Source: Pelagomonas calceolata (Eukaryota). Taken from it: 64,000 nucleotides of DNA. The notes beneath the pieces are model-generated. The model was not told the DNA's origin, made no database searches, and worked only from the letters and a program-made list of their open reading frames with translations. Within the stretch, counting starts at the first letter, position 1. The number at the start of each line of letters is the position of its first letter. The stretch lies in assembly GCA_918797485.1 (NCBI GenBank), contig CAKKNE010000002.1, positions 1,922,001-1,986,000 on the forward strand. Direction: 5' to 3'. Positions 41,280-51,822 of the stretch are shown one piece after another. Position numbers and translations under genes: made by a program.

Positions 41280-42911
41280 TGATGCCTGCTGACGCTAAGA
41301 GCATCACACAGGAGCTGAACAAAATCTGTGAGGCGTGGGCCGTTGCAGAAGGCCGCGCGGGCAGCAATCTAGCACAATATGGGGGCCCAAGCGCTGACTA
41401 CCTGAGGCATCTCGAGATCTACGCAACGGTCCAGAGGACGCTTATGAGGGCCGCCGTCGGTATGGGGGAAGACAAAGCTTTGCGACGCGTGCGGCGGAGA
41501 ATATGACCGGACTTTGTTCTCGAAGAAACAATGGCAAGCGACGGGGCAACGCCGCTGCGGCGACTGCGTCAGTCAAGGGCGGCCGGCGAGATTTACGGAT
41601 GCGTATCGCCCGCGGGTGCCGGGCCACTCGCAGCTTGACTTTATGCTTGGCCAGGGGAAACTCATCGAGCGTGCCATCCGGGTTGCCGCGCAGGAAACGG
41701 GCATGGAGGGCACGGAGGTGGAAAAAGTCGTCGAGGAAACGACCCAGCTTGCAAGGCAGCAGAAAGAAACGTTTATAAGGCAAATGAGGCTCTACTACTA
41801 TAAGCAAATCCTTTTGGAAGACATTACGAGCGCTGGTGTACCAGATCTGGAACGATTGATCATGAGGCGTGCCATCTATTTTTTGACGGAAGATCTGTTC
41901 ATGGGAATTTCCAGCAAAGTTCGAAGAGCGATGTCGAAGGGGAAGGCTAAACTGAGGAAGGTATGCAAAGAGGTTTTCCTTAGCGTTGACCGTAATGTTG
42001 AGATCACACACCCCAAAGACGACGAAGAGGCCACCGTAGCTTCGAGGTCAACGGAAGAGCCAGAACCGCCACGGGACAACCGCGCCGACGAGGCCGACTT
42101 CGTGCCGAGCGTCTGGCGCCTTGTGGTCGACCTCGTTCCAATGTTGGACAAGAATCAAGACGCCAGCCGCACCTTAGGACGGGCGCAGTTCCTCCTGTCG
42201 CGTCCAAATTACCCAGGGCGGATCGAACAAGTCCAGAGGTGCTTCGATGCCATGTTTGTGTGTGACATCAACTTTGCGGAAAAATTCAACCGTTGCGTCG
42301 AGCGCCAGCGAGACGAATTCAGGCAACAGGCCACGGAGTCACAGCGGTACAAGCCGACCGATCTGGGGCTACCGCTGCGGCGACGATGCGACAACTGCGG
42401 AGTCGACAACGCCCTGGCTGAGTGGCGATACCCCTATTGCAACTCGTGCAACGTCTATTGGTTGTCTCCCAATTTCCGCAAGATGGACCGTCCCAATGGT
42501 TGTTGCCCTATCTGCTTGCTCCCTCCCAAATCAGCAGAATTCTCATATACACTGCGATGCGGCCACACGCTACACTGGAAGTGCCTGGAGTACGCAAAGT
42601 CCGTCAGAGCGGAGTGTCCAGGAGAAAAAATTCTCAGCGTCTGTCCGGTCTGCAGGGACCCCATCACCGACGACCTGGAAAAGGTCGTTTTCGTCGAGGA
42701 CGTGTGGCCGGAGCATATGGGGTTGTGGCCGGGCGCCCCAGACCCGCACGACGTGGCCTTTGTCGCCGAGCGCGCGGCCAAAGGCGCCTATTTGGCCGCT
42801 AAGGCCGCCGTGAGATACGCAAGAAAAAAGGTCTCTGACGCCATCGCGATGGGGGTGTGGGAAGACATATGGCGCGGGCGCGAGGCTGACACTGACAGTC
42901 TCGGCGCTTAG
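41280..42911 (+). CDS. Zinc-finger/RING-H2 protein, apparently split by a frameshift or small intron near 41464
   Basis: C-terminal CPIC...CGHTLHWKC...CPVCR RING-H2. CDAC...FSKKQW...RRCGDC (Stc1-like) lies in the 41514 frame, which is closed by TGA at 41445 and has no ATG before the finger. Confidence 0.6.
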
Positions 42912-42964
42912 TTGTTGTAATGTGAACCGTAGTACTTATCATCACAACACATAGCGAGCGAGGG

Positions 42965-44212
42965 TCAGTAGTCCGACCCGTCCTCGTCGTCCGACGCGGC
43001 GGCGGCGCGCGCCCCGAGCCGGTGGTGGTTCTTCGCCACCCACCGCCGGTACTCCTCCGTCTCGACCAAGCCCGCCAATGCTTCAGCAGTGGCGTCGGCG
43101 GCCTGCTCCTTGTACTCCTCCTCCGTCAGGTAGCGGTGGCCCTCCAGGAAGTTGCGCGCGGGCCGCGGCGACGGCTTGACCTCCGGAGTAGACGGCATTC
43201 TAGACGCGACGAGCGTCACGACCGCGCCAAACGACGAACCGCCCAGGATCTGCGCCACCCCAAATCCGACGGCAAATAACAAACCGACGGCTACCGACCG
43301 CGTCGCGTGGAAGGCGATGAACAAAGCAGTCAGCCTCACGGCGCACCGCACCGCGTCGAAGAAGACGTCCGTCGACCGCGCGGCCCGCGTCCCGAAGACG
43401 GAGAAGGCCATCGTGACGCAGGCGTAGGTCGCGATCAATCGCGGGTAGCTCGTCACCAGCGACCAGACGACGCGCCGCGCATGCCTCATGACCGCCGCGG
43501 AGTAGCCCAAGAAAGAAAGAGCTACCGCGGTCCGCCTTTTCGTAGGCGACGAGATCATAACGCAGAGAATGCTACAGACGAGCACAACCACACCAAACAG
43601 GAGCCCGAAGGACACGCCGACACCGTAATGGAGGAAAGCCGACTCGCCGATGGTGGGCGCCGTCTGGTGTAACAATATGGACGCGACGAGGGCGGCCACC
43701 CTTAAATCGCGTCGTTTTGTAGACGTGGCGAAGGACACGGACGCGCTGCCTATTGAACCGGGAAGCACCTGCGGCTTCACCGCCACGCGGACACAAGCCT
43801 CGCCGAAGGGCGACAATCGTAAAATACATGTTGTCGCGTCGTCCCAAGGTGCGGGGCAGCCCAGCAGCGGGTCCTCGTACTTGCCGCTGCCCAGTTCTCC
43901 CGTGAGAAGCACATTCCCGAGCGCGTGGAAGGCGCCGACCAAGGACGAATCAAAAGACCGGTGCTGGACCCGCAACCTTTTCAGGTGCGGGCCGCTCACC
44001 GTCGCCGTCCGGGCGTCGAAGGCGCGCCAGACCTCGTACCAGCGCGCGCCGGCGTCGCAGCTCTCGAACGGCGGGCTGCCGCACGTCGCCGTGCCTCCAT
44101 CTGTATTTGCTGAGGGGCACACGGGGAATGCTCTATCGTAGGTGGCGTCGAGGTCGTCCGCGGCGGCGCAGCGCGCGGCGACGGCGAGGAGTAACGCCAC
44201 GCGGCGGACCAT
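42965..44212 (-). CDS. NEMP: NEMP/TMEM194 nuclear envelope membrane protein
   Basis: Signal peptide, FLHYGVGVSFGLLFG, several TM helices and the C-terminal RYLTEEEYKEQA..T..AL..L motif. Confidence 0.8.
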   Translation of the reverse strand: MVRRVALLLAVAARCAAADDLDATYDRAFPVCPSANTDGGTATCGSPPFESCDAGARWYEVWRAFDARTATVSGPHLKRLRVQHRSFDSSLVGAFHALGNVLLTGELGSGKYEDPLLGCPAPWDDATTCILRLSPFGEACVRVAVKPQVLPGSIGSASVSFATSTKRRDLRVAALVASILLHQTAPTIGESAFLHYGVGVSFGLLFGVVVLVCSILCVMISSPTKRRTAVALSFLGYSAAVMRHARRVVWSLVTSYPRLIATYACVTMAFSVFGTRAARSTDVFFDAVRCAVRLTALFIAFHATRSVAVGLLFAVGFGVAQILGGSSFGAVVTLVASRMPSTPEVKPSPRPARNFLEGHRYLTEEEYKEQAADATAEALAGLVETEEYRRWVAKNHHRLGARAAAASDDEDGSDY

Positions 44213-44655
44213 TATCTCTTTGTTTTTGCGCGCACAGATGCCTCGGCGTCCTGCCGCGCGGATCGCCGTTCAAAATGCGGGTGCTTGTGTGGCGCGCACA
44301 GATGCGGCGGCCAGCGGATGCGGCCGCAGTCGGTCGCAGCGGTGCCCGAGGGTGCCAAAAATGCTCGCGCTTCGGCGCAAGCGACCGCGCGCGCTTGGTT
44401 TTTGTCCTCTGGCGCCGGGCGTCCTAGTATGGCTGTACGCTAGCTTTGCGTATGGCAAAAGGAGCCGGTGAGTCCTCCTGCAGAGTAGAAGCCGCGAGGC
44501 AGCGGTTATAATTAGCCGCGAACGTGCGCGCAAGGTAACAGCAGTCGTAGCTATATTCACGGCTGTAAGAACTGCGAGCTTTGCGCATACTGCCAGGATC
44601 GGGCCTATAGCTGCCGCATAGATCGGCACGCGTCAATAAAGACAACATAAACACT

Positions 44656-45621
44656 ATGAGCGTCTCTGTGGACGACACCGGCAAACAACTGCCAGAGAAC
44701 GACGCCGAGACCCGTGCGACCGACGCCGTCCGCGAACTCAAACGAGGCGCGAGCTGCAAAGACGTCCTCGCGACGCTCTGGCCGTCCGACGCCGTCGACG
44801 AGGCGTCGCTCGAGGCCTTCGCACGGATTTTGAGAAACGACGCGATCCTCTCCCGCTGCCCGCCGAAGCCGTCCTACCTGCGCCAGGTCCTCGCCAAGGC
44901 CGTGAGCCAGGCGACGGACGCGGGCTATTCCGACGACGCGCTGTGCGAGGAGCTCGCGCAGGCCGTGGTCCGCGACGACGACACCGAAGACGCCGCGAGC
45001 CACGTCGCATTAGGAAAAGTGGTCATGCGGACGGTCGACCGCGCGAACGAGGTGGGATTGAGATTGTGGCCGGCGGCCGAGGTGTTGGTTGAATGGGCTC
45101 TTGACACACTAAAACCTTCACGCGTCCTCGAGCTCGGCGCGGGCCTGGGACTCGTCGGCCTGGCGCTCGCGCGGCGGCCGGGCTTCCGCGTGACGCTGTC
45201 CGACGGCGACGCGCGCGTTTGCGCGAATCTGCGCTACAACGCCGCGCTCAACGACCTCGACGAGGACGTCGTGAGGCAGTTCCGCTGGGAGGAGGATTTC
45301 GGGGAGCTCTGGGCCGCGGCGGGGCCCTTTGATGTGGTTCTGGCGGCGGATTGCGTGTACGACCCGGCTTTGGCGCCGCCGTTCGCGGCGGTCGTCGACG
45401 AGGCTTTGAAAAGGGGCGCCGACGTCGTCCTGGCGAACGCGGTGCGCAACCCGGAGACTTGGCGAATTGTTGTTGAGGCGCTGGCGGCGCGGGATTTGAT
45501 TTTTGAGGACCTCGCGTGCGTTCAGGTGCCGCGCCTCGTGCCGGCGCGCGCCTGGGCGGGCCACGCCGCGGCGCTCGCGGCGGGGGCGCTCCGGCTCGGG
45601 CGCGTGGTCCGAAGGGTGTAA
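44656..45621 (+). CDS. Protein-lysine N-methyltransferase (EEF2KMT/FAM86-like, METTL21 family)
   Basis: PPKPSYLRQVL (FAM86-like), VGLRLWPAA, VLELGAGLGLVG, LSDGD, DVVLAADCVYD, VRNPET. Confidence 0.85.
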   Translation: MSVSVDDTGKQLPENDAETRATDAVRELKRGASCKDVLATLWPSDAVDEASLEAFARILRNDAILSRCPPKPSYLRQVLAKAVSQATDAGYSDDALCEELAQAVVRDDDTEDAASHVALGKVVMRTVDRANEVGLRLWPAAEVLVEWALDTLKPSRVLELGAGLGLVGLALARRPGFRVTLSDGDARVCANLRYNAALNDLDEDVVRQFRWEEDFGELWAAAGPFDVVLAADCVYDPALAPPFAAVVDEALKRGADVVLANAVRNPETWRIVVEALAARDLIFEDLACVQVPRLVPARAWAGHAAALAAGALRLGRVVRRV

Positions 45622-45667
45622 TTTCTTGTTTTGTAGACATCATAATCACAACTTATCACGAACAAAT

Positions 45668-48127
45668 TCACTTCACCTCTCGCGGAGCGCCGACGCCCCA
45701 CCGCCTCGCCAACGCCGCTACGGCTCCCAACGTACCCGGCGCCGGTTCTGCAGGAGGCGCCTCCGAGGCCCCGCCAAAGGATGCCGCCGCCGCTTTGACG
45801 AGCGCGTCGAACGTCGCCCGGTCGCAGCCCTCGCCCGCGTCGATTTCGGCCAGGACGTCGCTCGCCGCCGAGGATCCCGGCGCCAGCAGGCGCGCCACGT
45901 CCTTCGCCGTGATGAGGCCGTCGGCGTCGGCGTCCAAGGCCACGAAGGCCGCGTCGCGGTAGGTCTCGGTGCCGAAGAGGCCCGCGGCCATGGTCGCGGC
46001 GATGAACTCGGACTGCGACAGCGAGCCGTTCCGCGACAGGTCGCACCGCTTGAAGACATCTTCCAAGTCGTCGTCGACGACGCCGCCGTGTTTTAGAAGA
46101 GCGACTCGAAGATCTCGTGCACCAACCTCGCCGTCGACGTCCGTATCTAACGCCTGGAACGTGCGGCACTCCGTCTGCGCCACGTCGCGGCCCGCCGCCT
46201 CGTGGGCCTCCACGAGGATGGCGAGCCGCACGAGCGCCGGCAGCGCGGCGAAGCGCCTCATTTTATCAACGCACGCAACGTCGAACTCCGCCTCGCGCGC
46301 GACGAAGGCGTGCCGCAACGCTTGTAATGCGGTGATCCTTTGCTGCGGATCCGGACTCAACATCCTCGTTAATAAGTCATACCCTTGGGGCGGTAGAAGC
46401 GGCCGCGCCTTTTGCTGGAGACGCCGCTGGATCGCCTTCGCGTCGCACACCGCCTTCCTCGCGTCGTCCTCCGCCGTCACCTTGACGCCCCCGAAGGCCG
46501 TTACTACTTCCCCACCACATAAACCCTCGATCAGGTGCTCACCAGTAACACAGAGAAAAAACATGCAGCCCAGCGCCCAGACGTCCGCGGGCTGGCCGTA
46601 GAGGCCCTTCTTCGTCAATGTTTCGGGTGCCGTGAAGGTTAAGTTACCTGCCCTTATACCTCGACTATCAATATCCACATCTCGAGACAGGCCGAAGTCT
46701 ATCAGCTTGAGCGAGCCGTCCTCGGCGTACACGAAGTTGTCCGGCTTCAAATCAGCGTGCAGCAGGCCGTGCGCGTGGCAGCATGCTACTGCTGATAGCA
46801 TCTCTCGTAATGCTTGGGCCGCTTCGTCTTGCGTAAGTCGCTTCTCCTTCCGCACGCGGTCCAATAACGTGCCTCCTGATAAATACTCTTGGACCAGGAG
46901 TAGTTCATCTCTAGATGAGTCCACGAAGTACTCAAATAACTTCACCACATGAGGATGATCCAGCTCGCACAGCCGCCGCACCTCGGCCGGCACCGACGCC
47001 GGCCGCGGCGGCCGCGGCTGCCTCGTATCATCGTCGCTGATGCCGCCCCGGTTATTGTCCAAAAAAGCCTCGACCCAGTCCAATTCCTCACCTTGTTCTT
47101 CAACGCCCGTCCTTCCATCGAGCATCGCGAACGCGCGGTCCCAGGCCGCGCCCGCCTGGCCCGACGCTTTTTGGAAGGCTCGCGCCGTCGGGTGGTCCGG
47201 CCGCATGCGTTTCACGGCCCGCTGCTGCCAGGTCACGGCGTGCGTCGCGACCTTGACCGTCCCGTACCCGCCTCGACCAATGGTCCGCGTCTCGCGGTAG
47301 TTCCGCTGGAAGTCGCGCTCGTCGCCCCCAAAACGCACCAAGCGTGTCCTAGGCACCGCAAAATCCTCCTCGACGGGCTGGCGGCCGTTGTCCAGGAACA
47401 AGAGAGCGCGGTCCGCGTATTTTGGGGTTCCAATAGCCTTTGGTATGTATTGTCTACCTTCGTGTAATGCTACGATCTTTTCAAGCGCTTCATTTGCTTT
47501 ATCCTTCGTCAGTCCCGCATCATCTCTAGTTCGTACGAAGTGCTCCCGCCGCAATCTCGGATTGCGCCACGGTAAATTGAGATCGTCCAGCACGAGCCAG
47601 CACCGGTCTACCTTTCTCCGTTTCAAGTAAGAGAAGATCTCGTCGACCCGATCCAGGCCGCCGCCCTCGGCCGCCGTCGGGACTAGAGTCGTGGCGCCCT
47701 CCGTGAAGGACGAGAGATTCGCGTCCACTAATGATGTAGTAGCCTCGGGGCCGTAGTCCGGCGTGACGCCGTCGATACTTAAATTGACGTCCTTCAGGCG
47801 CGCCTCGACGGCCTCGGTCGTTTCCGGTTTAAGGCGCCACGTCGACGAGAGCACTATTTTACCTTGGCGGCCGGTCTTTTTTTCTGCCTCTCGCATCAAT
47901 GTGGACAGCGTCTGCACTAATTCCCTATCGGGCGCGTGTCTCGAAGCGATGGGCGCGTCCGGCGCTTGGGCGTCGCCCCTATCCCGGGTCGCGCGGTTGT
48001 TGAGCACGCCGTCGACGTCGAGGAAGATCGTGAAGACGCGTTTCTCGTCGTCGCAGCGGGCCGTCGTGAGCCATGCGGTGGCGGTAGTAGCGGCGGCGCG
48101 GGCGCTTAGTGTGGCGAAGCGATGCAT
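45668..48127 (-). CDS. HAD (Swiss-Army-Knife type) domain fused to a calcium-dependent protein kinase (kinase + EF-hands)
   Basis: IFLDVDGVLN, IVLSSTWR, LVLDD, GLT (HAD_SAK_2-like). GRGGYG, AVK, HADLKPDN, DFG, APE, DVWALG. EF-hand loops DTDVDG, DLSRNG, DADADG. Confidence 0.85.
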   Translation of the reverse strand: MHRFATLSARAAATTATAWLTTARCDDEKRVFTIFLDVDGVLNNRATRDRGDAQAPDAPIASRHAPDRELVQTLSTLMREAEKKTGRQGKIVLSSTWRLKPETTEAVEARLKDVNLSIDGVTPDYGPEATTSLVDANLSSFTEGATTLVPTAAEGGGLDRVDEIFSYLKRRKVDRCWLVLDDLNLPWRNPRLRREHFVRTRDDAGLTKDKANEALEKIVALHEGRQYIPKAIGTPKYADRALLFLDNGRQPVEEDFAVPRTRLVRFGGDERDFQRNYRETRTIGRGGYGTVKVATHAVTWQQRAVKRMRPDHPTARAFQKASGQAGAAWDRAFAMLDGRTGVEEQGEELDWVEAFLDNNRGGISDDDTRQPRPPRPASVPAEVRRLCELDHPHVVKLFEYFVDSSRDELLLVQEYLSGGTLLDRVRKEKRLTQDEAAQALREMLSAVACCHAHGLLHADLKPDNFVYAEDGSLKLIDFGLSRDVDIDSRGIRAGNLTFTAPETLTKKGLYGQPADVWALGCMFFLCVTGEHLIEGLCGGEVVTAFGGVKVTAEDDARKAVCDAKAIQRRLQQKARPLLPPQGYDLLTRMLSPDPQQRITALQALRHAFVAREAEFDVACVDKMRRFAALPALVRLAILVEAHEAAGRDVAQTECRTFQALDTDVDGEVGARDLRVALLKHGGVVDDDLEDVFKRCDLSRNGSLSQSEFIAATMAAGLFGTETYRDAAFVALDADADGLITAKDVARLLAPGSSAASDVLAEIDAGEGCDRATFDALVKAAAASFGGASEAPPAEPAPGTLGAVAALARRWGVGAPREVK

Positions 48128-48522
48128 CTTGATCTTGCGCCTTTTTTTTCACGATCGGTGTCCGGCGCGCGCGTTTAGCTGCAGGAGTAGTGCACCAGGC
48201 TCCCCCCTGCAGAGAGGTTACGACCTCTCTGTGCTCGCAGAAGTGTGCAGCCCGGACGATGATGTTGCGACGTCACAGGAAATGCGTCTTCCACGACGTA
48301 TCAGTGTGCTTGCGCCGCACACGAGGCGATTCCGCTGTGAAAATCAGCTTGAAAACCCGAGAGCTTTTTGGGAACCCACTCGTTCCGCGACGACTCGTCT
48401 TGATACGTCTCCAAAGAGCTGCCATGTTCCGCACAGCTCGCTCGGATGCAATCGCGCCGAGCTCCAAACTCGATGACTGGGGACAGCAAGCCTGCTTGAG
48501 ACGGTGCAAAAACGCTAGCATA

Positions 48523-50008
48523 ATGATGCTCTGCCGTGCTACAAATGTTGCTCGGGCAACTGGCCGCCGGACGTTCGCGGATGGGCCCCTCTTGAAGACC
48601 ATGCTCTACGACCTGCACGTATGCAGCCAGCGCACAGCAAAAGATCCATCGACCGCCCGCGCGCCCAATCGCCATTAGCGATGCTCACACGCTGCGCGAC
48701 GCCGCCGCTGCGCCGATGCGCAACCGCCCGTGCACCGACGGCACCGGTTTGCACACACGCGCCGCGACGCCGTCGCCGTGCCGACGCATAAAGGACACTC
48801 ACGCACGCAGGTCGAGCGCGGCGGCAAGATGGTGCCCTTCGCCGGCTACGAGCTGCCGGTCCAGTACGCGGGCGCCGGCGTGCTCAAGGAGCACACGCAC
48901 TGCCGCGCGCCGGGCAAGGCGTCGGTCTTCGACGTCGGGCACATGGGCCAGATCAAGTGGACGGGCGCCGACCGTGCTGCTTTTTTGGAGAAGTGCGTCG
49001 TCGGTGATATCAAGGGGCTCGGGGCGGGCGAAGGCCGCTTATCATTATTGACCAATGAGTCGGGCGGCATCCTCGACGATACGGTCATCACGAACGCGGG
49101 CGACTACATCTACATGGTCGTCAATGGCGCCTGCAAGGTCACGGACATGGCTCATTTGGAGAAGATGATGGCGGAGAATTCGGACATGGACGTGCAGATG
49201 AACTACCTGGGCGATGATGCGACCCTGGTGGCGCTGCAGGGCGACGGCGCGAAGACCGCGCTCCAACCCTTACTGCCGGACGGCTTCGACATGGAGCGCT
49301 TCGCGTTCATGACGGGCGTCGATACGACTGTGGGAGGCATGGAGTGCCGCGTGACGCGCTGCGGCTACACGGGCGAGGACGGCTTCGAGATCGGCGTTAC
49401 TCATACCAAAGACGCCGTCGCCGTCGCTGAACTCTTATTATCGAATGAGAACGTGGAGCCGTGCGGCCTGGGCGCGCGCGACTCGCTGCGGCTCGAGGCC
49501 GGCCTCTGCCTCTACGGCAACGATCTTGATGATACGGTGAACCCCGTCGAGGGCACGTTGCTCTGGACGATCGGCCCCAAGGACACGCGCCGCCGCACGG
49601 AGCAGGGCTTCCCCGGCGCGTCGAACATGCTCACGGCCGAAGGCAAACCGAAGAAGTTCGGCCGCAAGCGCGTCGGCTTCATGGGCCACACGAAGCCGGC
49701 GCGGCCGGGCGCCGACATCTACTCCGCTGATGGTACGACGAAGGTCGGCACGGTCGCCACCAGTGAGGAAATCAAACGCCGCGGCGCCGAGATGGCGAGA
49801 CTCCCTGACTCACTGGTTGATTTCCGCACAGGTCACGAGCGGCACCGTCTCGCCCTGCCTGAACGCCCCCATCGCCATGGGCTACGTCGAGACGGCTCTT
49901 GGGAAGAATGGAACTGAGTTGACTGTTGACATTCGTGGCAAGAAGATTCCTACCAAGGTTGCGAAGATGCCCTTCGTCGAGCCGAACTACTGGCGCGTGC
50001 CCGAGTAG
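48523..50008 (+). CDS. gcvT: Glycine cleavage system T protein (aminomethyltransferase), mitochondrial (3 exons: 48523-48618, 48811-49752, 49832-50008)
   Basis: KTMLYDLH|VERGGKMVPFAGYELPVQY, FDVGHMGQ, TRCGYTGEDGFEI, GLGARDSLRLEAGLCLYG, VGT|VTSG...IAMGYV. The total of 1215 nt is in frame. Confidence 0.95.
49753..49831 (+). mobile_element. Introner-type intron in gcvT
   Basis: TIRs CAGTGAGGAAATCAA (49761-49775) and TTGATTTCCGCACAG (49817-49831) match 13/15. TSD GTCGCCAC vs GTCACGAG matches 5/8. Removal restores KVGTVTSG. Confidence 0.85.
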
Positions 50009-50187
50009 ATGCTGGTCTGCTCGAGCGGTAGTTTAACTTGATGTCACATAATGTCACATATATAAAATTAGGCGCGCGCGTCGCGGCGACGGCGTGCCGG
50101 TGGCGTAGACATCCCCACGCCGTCGACCAGTCGCGGCGAGCAGCCGACGCGCGCGGTGCAGTGTCGCGCCACCAGCGCCGAGAAGAA

Positions 50188-50901
50188 CTAGCGACCCTTC
50201 GCCCGCGCATCCAACCACAACGACGGCAGGTACACCTTCCCGTCGACGCCGTCGACCCAGGCGAAGCCCGCGTCTTTCAATTGCGCGAGGGCCGTCGTCG
50301 CCCTCAGAGTGGGGTCGCCGCCGGGCAGGCGCTTCGCTAGGTCTTCCATCGAGATGCTTCCATCAGCCGTGGCGACATCGAGCGCCACCGCGCTATCATC
50401 AGACAGCTCCGCCGGCACGCTGACCACCGCATCCCCCACAACGCGAAACCCGTCGCCCAGCACCTTGAGCTTGGACACGGCCCACTTAATATCATCTGTC
50501 GATACCTGGTCGTCGTCCAGCCGATCCAGTAGATCGTCCAGAGCGATCAGGCCGCCGTTTTCTTCGCGCGTCGCCGCACAGACGCCCACGACCTTGACCC
50601 CCAGCTCGTAGTAGAAGTCGCCCAGCCCCAACCCGCTCCAGAAGCCTTTGTTCGATCGTAACGGATCGACACCAGCGGCATAACACATCTCCGCGAAGGC
50701 GCTTCTGAATGAAGCGTCATCTTTGATTTTCTGTCGATGCTTCTCCGCGAACGTAGCTAGAGTGGCCTTGAACGTGCCCAGGACCTTCTCGACCGATTCG
50801 GCATCAACCCTGGATTCTTCTTCGGCCTTCTTCTTGAAGCGTTCCCGCTCCTGCTGTTTCCTCCGGAGACCGCCGACGCCCACGCCCCTTCTCCTATGCA
50901 T
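50188..50901 (-). CDS. SNF8: ESCRT-II subunit SNF8/VPS22
   Basis: MHRRRGVGVGG N-terminus, FAEKH, GVDPLRSNKGFWS.LGLGDFYYELGV, ENGGLI, VVSVPAELS, AWVD. Confidence 0.93.
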   Translation of the reverse strand: MHRRRGVGVGGLRRKQQERERFKKKAEEESRVDAESVEKVLGTFKATLATFAEKHRQKIKDDASFRSAFAEMCYAAGVDPLRSNKGFWSGLGLGDFYYELGVKVVGVCAATREENGGLIALDDLLDRLDDDQVSTDDIKWAVSKLKVLGDGFRVVGDAVVSVPAELSDDSAVALDVATADGSISMEDLAKRLPGGDPTLRATTALAQLKDAGFAWVDGVDGKVYLPSLWLDARAKGR

Positions 50902-51736
50902 ACTTGCGCGTGTTGTCGTAGTCGTCTCCTGTCCGCCAGAACTCGCGCGCGAGCCAGACTTCTTCTGTTTCCACGATTTTTGTGGGTTCCAAGTCGGGCA
51001 GGACGTACTGCTCTCCTTTATCGACGCAGAACAACGTCGTGCCCTCCGGTGCTGATCCCAGCAGCTTCGTCCGCAAATCGGCGTAGGTCGCGCCGGCGTC
51101 CAACGATACTGTCTCGAGGATAGTATCACAAGGTACGCCGCGCGGCGCGTCGCGCACAACGACCTCCCTCGCTATCAAAGGAGGCGGCGGGACGTCCGCC
51201 TCGTTGCCCTCCCTCAGTACCTTCCAGGAGAGGACGGTGCGGGGGTCTTCTGCTGGAGTTTCCCCTTCACCGTACTTGAGGTCGGGGTACTGCAGCGACC
51301 GGTAGTCTTCAGTATGACCGATCGGCCGCCTAAATTCGCGCTCCTCCGCCGCGCCCCACGCCTCCAAATTGGCCGGGTCGCCGACCTTTGGGATTTCGGG
51401 GTAGACGCCGAGCGCGACTTCACCAGAGCTCAGCTCCGGCTCCGGCTCCGGCTCCGGCTGGCGACTCGCGGACGACGGGCGGCTGCGATTTGCCGACAGC
51501 GGGCGGCTGCCGCGGCTGCTGCGGGTCGCCGTGTTGCTAACTTTGGGGCGCTCTGCCGGACTTTGGTCCTGGCAGCGATCCCCGGGCGTCGTTGAGCGCT
51601 CTCCGGGCTGGGCGCTTCGAGAACTGATGCGAAGCCTTCCGCTCCGATCGCCCGGGCGCGTACGGGAGCACGCAGCCCAAAAACTACGCGTTACGCTGGA
51701 CGCTGGGCGCCGGGTGAGGTATCGGTATATGTTACC
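50894..51736 (-). CDS. Open coding-like frame without ATG, probable distal exon(s) of the upstream Dzip-like gene
   Basis: The frame is stop-free from 51736 to the TAG at 50894, with globular composition in the last 150 or so aa. A candidate donor GAG|GTATAAG and acceptors lie near 51740-51690. Exon structure unresolved. Confidence 0.4.
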   Translation of the reverse strand, partial: GNIYRYLTRRPASSVTRSFWAACSRTRPGDRSGRLRISSRSAQPGERSTTPGDRCQDQSPAERPKVSNTATRSSRGSRPLSANRSRPSSASRQPEPEPEPELSSGEVALGVYPEIPKVGDPANLEAWGAAEEREFRRPIGHTEDYRSLQYPDLKYGEGETPAEDPRTVLSWKVLREGNEADVPPPPLIAREVVVRDAPRGVPCDTILETVSLDAGATYADLRTKLLGSAPEGTTLFCVDKGEQYVLPDLEPTKIVETEEVWLAREFWRTGDDYDNTRKYA

Positions 51737-51822
51737 TTATACCTCGGTGGTAGGGTCAGGAGCCTGGTCGTCTTGGAGCGAGTGCGTGGCACCGCGTGTC
51801 GGGTTTCTCGAAGAGTACAATA

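Noticed and set aside
48619..48810. gcvT intron 1 as an introner
   Set aside because: Canonical GTATGC donor, and no TIR or 8-bp duplication detected.
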